64,000 nt of DNA from an uncultured Candidatus Bathyarchaeia archaeon (GTDB lineage: Archaea > Thermoproteota > Bathyarchaeia > Bathyarchaeales > Bathyarchaeaceae). The notes under the pieces were generated by a model. It saw nothing but the letters and a program-made list of their open reading frames with translations. It had not been told where the DNA came from and ran no database searches. Position 1 is the first letter of the stretch. Every line of letters starts with the position of its first letter. Location: contig CAZUDX010000006.1 in the NCBI GenBank assembly GCA_964618695.1, positions 4,548-68,547 of the forward strand. Direction: 5' to 3'. Of this stretch, positions 57,509 through 64,000 are shown piece after piece. Position numbers and translations under genes: made by a program.

Positions 57509-58639
57509 ATGATGAGCACGCAAGAACTCCAAAAACTTCGGGAAGAAAGGGGTTTGGAGATTTTTAATAATAACAGAAATAGCATCAGAAGTGTTGATGG
57601 TATTTCTTATCGGGTTCTTTCTCAAAGCGGAAATGGTAGCTACATGGTTTCTGAGGTAGATGGTGAATGGATTTGTGAGTGTCCAGACCACAAGTTCAGG
57701 GGATTGAAATGTAAGCATGCTTGGGCTGTAGAGTTCAGCATAAAACTAAGAAAAGAAGTGCAGAAAGGTGCACTAATTCAGGAAATAACAATCTCAGAAT
57801 GTGTTTATTGCCACTCTCAGGACATCAAAAAGAACGGAGTAAGGCACAACAAAAGCGGGGACCTTCAAAGGTTCATCTGTGAAAAGTGCGGAAAAACTTT
57901 CAGCATAAACATTGGGTTTGAACGCATGAAACATAATCCTCAGGCGATAACGACAGCTATGCAACTTTACTTTAGCGGAGAATCGTTAAGGAACACTCAG
58001 AAATCTCTTAGACTGTTAGGAGTGGAAGTTTCGCATAAGACGGTCTATATGTGGATTAAGAAGTATGTAGGATTAATGGAGAGATACATTGACAAGCTTA
58101 AACCTCAAGTTTCGGATACTTGGAGAGCCGATGAACTTTGGATGAAATTCAAAGGCGACATGAAATACGTCTTTGCGATTATGGATGATGAGACGAGATA
58201 TTGGATTGCTCAAGAAGTTGCAGAGTCCAAATACAAACACGATGCAAGAAAGCTGTTCCAACTAGCCAAAAAGGTTACAGGGAAAAAGCCTATGACAATG
58301 ATAACTGATGGACTTCCAGCCTACAATAAAGCCTGTAGGAAGGAGTTCTGGACTCTTCGTAAACCCAGAACAGAACACATACGCCACATTAAGCTTAGAG
58401 GCGATATGAACAACAACACAATGGAACGCCTGAATGGGGAAATCAGAGACAGAGAGAAGGTCATGCGAGGACTCAAGAAAGAAAATTCCCCGATTCTCAG
58501 AGGTTACAAAATTTATCACAATTTTATCAGAGAACACAGCGGACTTGGCGGAAAAACACCTGCCGAAGCATGTGGAATAACTGTCAAAGGAAAGAACAAA
58601 TGGAAAACTCTGATTCAGAACGCATGTAAAGAAGAATAA
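57509..58639 (+). CDS. DDE transposase (IS6/IS240-like catalytic core) with N-terminal SWIM-type and Zn-ribbon fingers
   Basis: CECPDHKFRGLKCKHAWAV (SWIM-like) and CVYCHS...CEKCG. The core is WRADELWMKFKG...YVFAIMDDETRY...MITDGLPAYNKA...NNTMERLNGEIRDREK (D, D, E). Confidence 0.85.
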   Translation: MMSTQELQKLREERGLEIFNNNRNSIRSVDGISYRVLSQSGNGSYMVSEVDGEWICECPDHKFRGLKCKHAWAVEFSIKLRKEVQKGALIQEITISECVYCHSQDIKKNGVRHNKSGDLQRFICEKCGKTFSINIGFERMKHNPQAITTAMQLYFSGESLRNTQKSLRLLGVEVSHKTVYMWIKKYVGLMERYIDKLKPQVSDTWRADELWMKFKGDMKYVFAIMDDETRYWIAQEVAESKYKHDARKLFQLAKKVTGKKPMTMITDGLPAYNKACRKEFWTLRKPRTEHIRHIKLRGDMNNNTMERLNGEIRDREKVMRGLKKENSPILRGYKIYHNFIREHSGLGGKTPAEACGITVKGKNKWKTLIQNACKEE

Positions 58640-58659
58640 CCGCTTTTCTCTAAAAAAAT

Positions 58660-58992
58660 TTATCCAGAAGCTCCAGTGCGTTCCAATCTCATATTCAATG
58701 TTCCATTGTAAAGAATTTCTTCGTAAAGAAACTGAACAAACTTGCCAAACAATTCATACATTGCATTATAGTTTGGTTCTCCTGTTTTCATCCCAGAACC
58801 TAATCCAACGCAGATTTCATTTTCAAATCCTTCTGTGCCTCCCATACTCGATGTATCGTCATTTACATCAAAACCTTGCTTTTGGAAAACACGGATAAGC
58901 TGTTGCCATTTATCTATAATTACTCCCTCATTCATCAGATGTGATTTTTCAATTTGTATCCATAACTCAGCATAAGTTTCTCCCATATCCAT
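58660..58992 (-). CDS. Hypothetical 110-aa acidic protein (element cargo)
   Basis: An ORF only. I recognised no motif. Confidence 0.5.
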   Translation of the reverse strand: MDMGETYAELWIQIEKSHLMNEGVIIDKWQQLIRVFQKQGFDVNDDTSSMGGTEGFENEICVGLGSGMKTGEPNYNAMYELFGKFVQFLYEEILYNGTLNMRLERTGASG

Positions 58993-59130
58993 TCACCTGA
59001 GAATAACAGTTACGATTTTGACACTTATTTATTGTGTATAAGAATTACATAAAATGGGAGCGACATTCAGATGGAGAATAAACACAATTCTGTTGATGCT
59101 TACACACCTTATGAGACTCTTCGTGATTGT

Positions 59131-59192
59131 TATCAACCGAAAAGTAACAGCCCTTCAGAAAAGCTTAACCAACCGAAGAGGTAACAGAACCT
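59131..59192 (-). repeat. Right terminal inverted repeat (62 bp)
   Basis: Exact reverse complement of 52873-52934. Imperfect similarity (ACGAAGAG) continues ~16 nt inward on both sides. Confidence 0.9.
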
Positions 59193-59364
59193 GTTTTTAG
59201 AATCCATATGTGGTTTTGCTTCTCGTTTGCGTGATCAAACGATAAGAAGGCACGTAAGCGCTTTGAAGACACAATTTCTAGACATCTTGGAAAAAAATTC
59301 GTATTATAAAATAAGGAAAGAGGTAAAAAGAGGAATGTTGGGTCGATGCGATTCTATGTATTTT

Positions 59365-60090
59365 TTAGCTTCTGAACTTTTGCAGTTTCTTTAGAAGCTC
59401 TATATCGCCTTTGGGGTCTCCAGCGCATGTTGCAATGATGCCGTCCACGAGACCATCAAGCTTTGCTGCATATTCTACAGCATTTTCCATTTTTGTGGTT
59501 GTTGGCCATCCGATCATCTTTATTATTTCGGCATTCTTTGGTGTCCCCACCAAGAAGTATGAGTAAATCGGTTTGTTTAGACGTTTGCACTCTTTAGCTA
59601 CTTGCTCCAATACTGGGAAGGATTTGTCTTCAAGCCTCATGAACATTATGAAGTCCCATGCGCTTCTAGCCCTTGCGATTGCGTCGTCTACTGAGCGTCG
59701 TGCAGTAAGTAAACAGCCTAATTTTAGGTTTTTTACGCGTACATCATTTCGCAAGAATTCTCTAGCGACTTCAGAGGATTTCAGCATCTTTATTGGTTCG
59801 CCGTAAATGGGCTTGTCACCCATGGTGAGTGCTAGACCGTCAAGACCTATGACATCTGCTGCTAAAGCTAAACCGCCCACTTCAACTGGACCTTTGTAGT
59901 GCAGTATGAATATAGGTATCACAATTTTTTCAGGATATTTTTCCTTGAGTACACAACTGACTACCGTTCCGCTTGGAGCGGGTCTACCTGCAGCGCTGTC
60001 TGTGACGTTCCATCCATCAACCAAATCTTTTGTTTCTTCGGCAAGTTTCATAAATTTTCGTGTTGGAACAAACTCGTTCAATATTTTCAT
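59365..60090 (-). CDS. Methylenetetrahydrofolate reductase (MetF)-like TIM-barrel protein
   Basis: NVTDSAAGRP..., IPIFILHY and GLDGLALTMGDKP resemble the MetF patterns vTd.a.G / H.tc / niLaLrGD.p. This is a moderate call. Confidence 0.5.
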   Translation of the reverse strand: MKILNEFVPTRKFMKLAEETKDLVDGWNVTDSAAGRPAPSGTVVSCVLKEKYPEKIVIPIFILHYKGPVEVGGLALAADVIGLDGLALTMGDKPIYGEPIKMLKSSEVAREFLRNDVRVKNLKLGCLLTARRSVDDAIARARSAWDFIMFMRLEDKSFPVLEQVAKECKRLNKPIYSYFLVGTPKNAEIIKMIGWPTTTKMENAVEYAAKLDGLVDGIIATCAGDPKGDIELLKKLQKFRS

Positions 60091-60260
60091 CGAGGAATCA
60101 TCTCAGCTAGAGAGATGAAGGGTTATATTATAAAATCTTTTCTACATTTACAGGAATACCCTTTTCGAACCTGATTAGCCAAGTCCATGTTTCAGTAAAC
60201 GATGTTTTTATTACAGCGATTAAATCTTTTATCTTTCTAATAGATTAGAAGGCAGAAACG

Positions 60261-61217
60261 TTGCAATCTTTGGTTCCTGACGAAATTGTTCACATGTTGC
60301 GGAGACAAAAATACCATCTGGTGGGAAACCACTCGGCGGTCAAACGGTGTAGATGGCTCTATAACAGCATAGTTCAAGACAGAACATGCTACAAACAGAA
60401 ATTTTATGGAATAAAGAGTCACCAGTGCCTGCAGATGACGCCATCAGTTTTTCATTGTACTCTGCGTTGCAGTTTTTGTTGGCGTGCTCAGAGTGGAGAC
60501 TATGACTTGCGATGGGACGAAACTCGGTTGCCAGAGTGGGATGACCCTGAAGAGATAATTGATGGATGCATCCGAGAGCAGAAACGGATTTTGACTGGAT
60601 ATAAAGCAACACCCAATGCAAACCAGAAAAAACGAGTGGAAGCTCTTACCCCCAAGCATGTAGCAATAAGCCTGACAGGAGAACCCACACTCTATCCTCA
60701 TCTTGACGGTTTAATCAGAGGCTTCCACAGACGAGGATTCACAACGTTTCTAGTCTCCAACGGAACAGTTCCAGAAACCCTTTCCAGTCTAAGCGAAGAA
60801 CCCACACAATTATACATTTCAGTTTCAGCCTTCGATGAGAAGATGTTTTCTCAGATTTGCCGCCCAAACATTCCCGAAGCATGGGAAAAACTTAACGAAA
60901 CCTTAGAGTTGCTTCCTAACTTCAAATGCCCCACCGTAATCAGGTTGACTTTGGCGCGACATCTAAACCTGAAACATCCCGAACTCTACGCTCAGCTAAT
61001 CAGAAGAGCTAATCCAACTTACGTGGAGCCTAAAGCTTACATGCATGTGGGCTTTTCGAGGCTACGCATGGGCTACAGAAACATGCCAACTCAACTGGAG
61101 ATCAAAGATTTTGCTGCTCAGCTAGCCAATGAAATGAGTTACAACGTTCTTGATGAAGCAGCAGAAAGCCGAGTGGTTTTGCTCAGTCGTTTGGAAAAGG
61201 CTATTAAGCATGCCTAA
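60261..61217 (+). CDS. taw1: tRNA 4-demethylwyosine synthase Taw1/TYW1 (radical SAM)
   Basis: YHLVGNHSAVKRCRW, the CTLRCSFCWR radical-SAM cluster motif and ISLTGEPTLYP. TTG start. Confidence 0.85.
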   Translation: MQSLVPDEIVHMLRRQKYHLVGNHSAVKRCRWLYNSIVQDRTCYKQKFYGIKSHQCLQMTPSVFHCTLRCSFCWRAQSGDYDLRWDETRLPEWDDPEEIIDGCIREQKRILTGYKATPNANQKKRVEALTPKHVAISLTGEPTLYPHLDGLIRGFHRRGFTTFLVSNGTVPETLSSLSEEPTQLYISVSAFDEKMFSQICRPNIPEAWEKLNETLELLPNFKCPTVIRLTLARHLNLKHPELYAQLIRRANPTYVEPKAYMHVGFSRLRMGYRNMPTQLEIKDFAAQLANEMSYNVLDEAAESRVVLLSRLEKAIKHA

Positions 61218-61893
61218 GCTTCAGTTTGAAACGTTTCTGGCTGTGAACGATATGTCGTTGAAAGCGATTCTGGAAAAGATTCAAGAAGAATTGACTGTAA
61301 GAGAGGAAATTCGGGAAATGGTTAACAAGGACATGCGGAAAGCAACCCGCCTCTCTAAACAAGCCATTCAAGTTACTCACCAAGAAAGATATGATGACGC
61401 TAAAGAGTTGCTTGAGGAAGCAAAGAGCCTCTTCGCCAAACTTCGGAAAAACACAAAAGATTATCAATTTCTGTTTTACAGTGGTTCTGTTGGAGCCGCC
61501 TTTGAGGAACATGCTGAAGCATACCTGTTGCTTACGTTGATTCAGGAAGACCGGTTTGCTGGTCCGGAGGAGATTGGTGTTCCTGTTACTCCTTATGTGT
61601 TGGCTTTGGGGGATGTGATTGGGGAGCTTAGACGTAAGGCTTTGGATTTGATTAGAAAAGGAGATGTGAAAGCAGCAGAGAAGAGTCTGGAGTGGATGGA
61701 GCACATCTATTCGGAGTTGACTGCTTTGGATGACGCCTACATCATTGTTAATGGTCTCAGGAGAAAAGGTGACGTTGCTAGACGGCTCATCGAAATCACC
61801 CGAGGGGACATTACCAGCGAGGTTCGAAGAAGCGCCCTAGAACGTTCCATCTCAAAGCTTGAGAAGACGATAGATAAAGAGAGACGTGAATGA
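61210..61893 (+). CDS. Translin-family protein (COG2178-like)
   Basis: All-helical; the segment ...YVLALGDVIGELRRKALDLIRKGD... is typical of archaeal translin-like proteins. The start is uncertain, either ATG 61210 or ATG 61252. Confidence 0.65.
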   Translation: MPKLQFETFLAVNDMSLKAILEKIQEELTVREEIREMVNKDMRKATRLSKQAIQVTHQERYDDAKELLEEAKSLFAKLRKNTKDYQFLFYSGSVGAAFEEHAEAYLLLTLIQEDRFAGPEEIGVPVTPYVLALGDVIGELRRKALDLIRKGDVKAAEKSLEWMEHIYSELTALDDAYIIVNGLRRKGDVARRLIEITRGDITSEVRRSALERSISKLEKTIDKERRE

Positions 61894-62606
61894 AAACCCG
61901 AAGCCAGAACACTTTGGGGATAAAGAAGAGGTTGCCATTAAAAGTCGGTTCAAAGTTTTCTGCCAAAAAAGCCCATGCCATGCAGCGGCAGCTGTCGAAG
62001 AAGCTTATTTTCGAAGATACGTTGCCCGAAAATGTTGAGTTTGCGGCTGGTGTGGATGTTGCTTATCTGAGGGGTTTGTCTGTTGGTGCAGTGGCTGTTC
62101 TCGAACTCGCTTCCTTAACTCAGGTTGAAGTTCAAGTAACTCACGTTAAGACTGGCTTTCCTTACGTACCCACCTTCTTGTCCTTCAGAGAGATTCCACC
62201 CGCCTATTCAGCAATAAAAAAACTCAGCATAGAACCGGATGTTTTTTTGGTTGATGGTCAAGGCTATGCTCATCCTTATGGTCTGGGGTTTGCGTCTCAT
62301 CTAGGGTTGATAGTGAACAAGCCGACTGTTGGTGTGGCGAAGAGTCTGTTGTGTGGGAAGGTGGAGGAGGTTGGAGAGCGTGGGTGGGCGCCTCTAACTA
62401 TGAAAGGAGAGGTTATCGGTGCCGAGGTTGTTACAAGATCTGGAACGAAGCCAGTTTACGTCAGTGTTGGACATAAAGTGTCGTTGGAGAGGGCAGTCAA
62501 GATCGTTATGGACTGTAAGGGAAAGTATAGGATACCTGAACCGATTCGAAGAGCCCACATGTTAGCTAATGAAGAAAAAAAGAAACTTGAGAAGTCTATT
62601 CGTTGA
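61890..62606 (+). CDS. nfi: Endonuclease V
   Basis: AGVDVAY, FPYVPTFLSFREIPP, VDGQGYAHPYGLGFASHLG and KPVYVSVGH motifs. ATGA overlap with the upstream gene. Confidence 0.9.
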   Translation: MKTRSQNTLGIKKRLPLKVGSKFSAKKAHAMQRQLSKKLIFEDTLPENVEFAAGVDVAYLRGLSVGAVAVLELASLTQVEVQVTHVKTGFPYVPTFLSFREIPPAYSAIKKLSIEPDVFLVDGQGYAHPYGLGFASHLGLIVNKPTVGVAKSLLCGKVEEVGERGWAPLTMKGEVIGAEVVTRSGTKPVYVSVGHKVSLERAVKIVMDCKGKYRIPEPIRRAHMLANEEKKKLEKSIR

Positions 62607-62627
62607 CATTTTACGATTTCTAAGTTT

Positions 62628-63089
62628 TTAGTTCTCGGTTAGTATGCAGTCATCGTATTCTTTTTCAAGTTTGTTCTTGTGTCCCAACTCTTCCTGCGCC
62701 AGTTTAGAGAACAGTTCACCCATCGTGGTTCCTCTCAATCCCAGAGCCAAAGTTTTGTAGTAATCATAGGTGCTCTTTTCTCGTTTCGCAGCATACACAA
62801 GAATCGCCTCATAATCCGCACCATCTGACAAAGGCGTGTCCTCCAACATGTCAACAATCTTGAGGTCCTGAACTTCACCGTGGGAACCCAGTTCAGAAAT
62901 TTTGCTTTCATCCTTCATTATCTCCTCAAGTTTCTCTTTATGATGTCGCTCTTCCTCTACCAGTTCCTTGAGGAAAACTTTTGATGATGGATATTTGGCA
63001 TTTTTTAATGCCATAGTGTAAAGGGCAACTGATTGTTCTTCAACCTTTACTGCAGCTTCAATAATCGCTTTCCAATTCTTTTCAGACAC
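62628..63089 (-). CDS. Rubrerythrin/ferritin-like di-iron four-helix-bundle protein
   Basis: Two E...E..H pairs: VEEQSVALY...EEERHHKEKL and AAKREKSTYDYY...EELGHKNKL. Confidence 0.75.
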   Translation of the reverse strand: MSEKNWKAIIEAAVKVEEQSVALYTMALKNAKYPSSKVFLKELVEEERHHKEKLEEIMKDESKISELGSHGEVQDLKIVDMLEDTPLSDGADYEAILVYAAKREKSTYDYYKTLALGLRGTTMGELFSKLAQEELGHKNKLEKEYDDCILTEN

Positions 63090-63151
63090 GACTATCCACT
63101 CCCAGAAACTTTGTTGGGTAACTTATGGAACATAAAGTTTTCGCGAATTTC

Positions 63152-63313
63152 CTAACAGAAAGCCGCCACCATATCATAATTTGCACAAACAGCAAGTTCT
63201 TCTGTAGAAATTGTGCGCTCCTCAACCCTGATCTCTTTCTTGGAGCATTCACCATCAACCCAATGTTTACAATCCCTTCGATCACAACTAACCTTAACCA
63301 ACAACCTCAACAC
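63152..63313 (-). CDS. Possible DUF1540-like small Cys-rich protein (53 aa)
   Basis: A frame not in the track reads (V)LRLLVKVSCDRRDCKHWVDGECSKKEIRVEERTISTEELAVCANYDMVAAFC*. It has a GTG/TTG start only and lies between the ferredoxin and rubrerythrin-like genes on the same strand. Confidence 0.4.
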   Translation of the reverse strand: MLRLLVKVSCDRRDCKHWVDGECSKKEIRVEERTISTEELAVCANYDMVAAFC

Positions 63314-63395
63314 CCTGAAATCATGAAATAGACGACTCTTAACTAAAAGCGTTTTGTTTCCCCAAACAAAAATTCAACCGAGACTGAAGATTCAC

Positions 63396-63866
63396 CTACT
63401 CACTGCACGTGTAATAGTCTTCAGGATTTTCAAAGATAGACTTCACGCCTTCCCGCTTCTTCTTGGAGTGGATGTTGCGCATTAGCTTCAAAACATCTTT
63501 TGGGGTGCTGAAACTTTCCGTTTTGCCGTCAGGACGTTTTCTGGTGACGCGTATACAGTTGTCTACACAGCAACTGAGCACACATGCGGTACAGTGGATG
63601 CACAAGTCTTCTTCGATGCCAATCTCGCCACCTTTCCAGTAGAGAGCATTGGTGGGACAGGCTTTCACGCACAAGTTGCACTCTATTCCTATGCAGGCTC
63701 TCATGTCAATTTCGATACTGCCCTCTTCGAAGCAATCTTCAACTCCCATCGACTCCAGAAGCTCAGCTCGCCTACTCTTCTTCTCTTCTTTCTCCTCAAA
63801 AGCCTCAGAGAGGAGATCATAAATATTCACGGCAGGGTCCTCGTTCTTTTTGGACATTTTCACCAA
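63396..63866 (-). CDS. 4Fe-4S dicluster ferredoxin-domain protein
   Basis: CIGIECNLCVKACP and CIHCTACVLSC cluster motifs. Confidence 0.8.
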   Translation of the reverse strand: MVKMSKKNEDPAVNIYDLLSEAFEEKEEKKSRRAELLESMGVEDCFEEGSIEIDMRACIGIECNLCVKACPTNALYWKGGEIGIEEDLCIHCTACVLSCCVDNCIRVTRKRPDGKTESFSTPKDVLKLMRNIHSKKKREGVKSIFENPEDYYTCSE

Positions 63867-64000
63867 TCTCCTCCGACGCTTCTTCCTAATTGTTTGAGTT
63901 GTAAACTTCCTATAGAATTTTCCGTATTTTTGTTAGCATAACTATGGATAAAGTTACTTATCGGATTTTCAGGGGATCAAATTTCTATACGGCATGTATA

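Larger units (their letters stand above)
52873..59192. mobile_element. 6.3-kb transposon-like element with 62-bp perfect terminal inverted repeats, a 6-bp flanking GTTTTT duplication, a DDE transposase and defence-type cargo
   Basis: I checked base by base that 52873-52934 is the exact reverse complement of 59131-59192. GTTTTT sits at 52867-52872 and at 59193-59198. The interior is A+T-rich. Confidence 0.75.

Noticed and set aside
57383-57718. N-terminal 112 aa of ORF 57176-57718
   Set aside because: This part runs through the TAGGTAA operator array and overlaps the transposase start on the other strand. The AbrB-like domain begins at the internal ATG 57382.
63082-63331. ORFs 63082-63285 (-) and 63125-63331 (+)
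   Set aside because: They mutually overlap and have implausible sequences. A third frame gives a more protein-like Cys-rich product, which I reported at low confidence.

Overview
This window looks like an archaeal chromosomal segment. Core information-processing genes are recognisable from the translations: TFB, TBP, proteasome beta, KEOPS Kae1/Bud32/Pcc1, r-proteins eL33/eS17/uS15/eS1, RpoP, SerS, RlmE, Taw1 and EndoV. I saw no rRNA, no canonical tRNA and no CRISPR array. The lineage is probably an uncultured Thermoproteota/Bathyarchaeia-like organism, but that is inference only. The housekeeping backbone is interrupted by several visibly A+T-richer accessory segments. (1) 138-7079 is a translationally coupled PadR, giant FtsX/MacB-type permease and two-ATPase operon. 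(2) 14919-17910 is a ~3-kb insertion carrying a UvrD-like helicase with an embedded nuclease-like motif, bracketed by a 16-bp direct repeat that overlaps the psmB stop codon. (3) 31340-33950 is a largely non-coding island with two ~173-bp direct repeats, a dense AAAGAG motif array, a broken zinc-ribbon gene and small wHTH genes. (4) 33955-38202 is an operon of secreted proteins, three of which share a PEF-CTERM-like 'IPE(F/L)PSW + TM + basic' tail. (5) 41213-52104 is an amino-sugar/glycosyltransferase cluster. (6) The most striking feature is a 6.3-kb element at 52873-59192. It is bounded by perfect 62-bp terminal inverted repeats plus a GTTTTT duplication. It carries a SocA/Panacea plus RelE-like (Zn-ribbon-inserted) pair, a ParB/coiled-coil/N4-N6 methyltransferase convergent with a nuclease-like gene, an AbrB-like gene, a phased TAGGTAA operator array and an IS6/IS240-like DDE transposase. 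A family of ~60-nt tRNA-3'-end-like intergenic elements also recurs at 43, 7173, 8634 and 10293, and two diverged copies bracket tfb. All functional calls rest on motifs read from the supplied translations. No database search was run.
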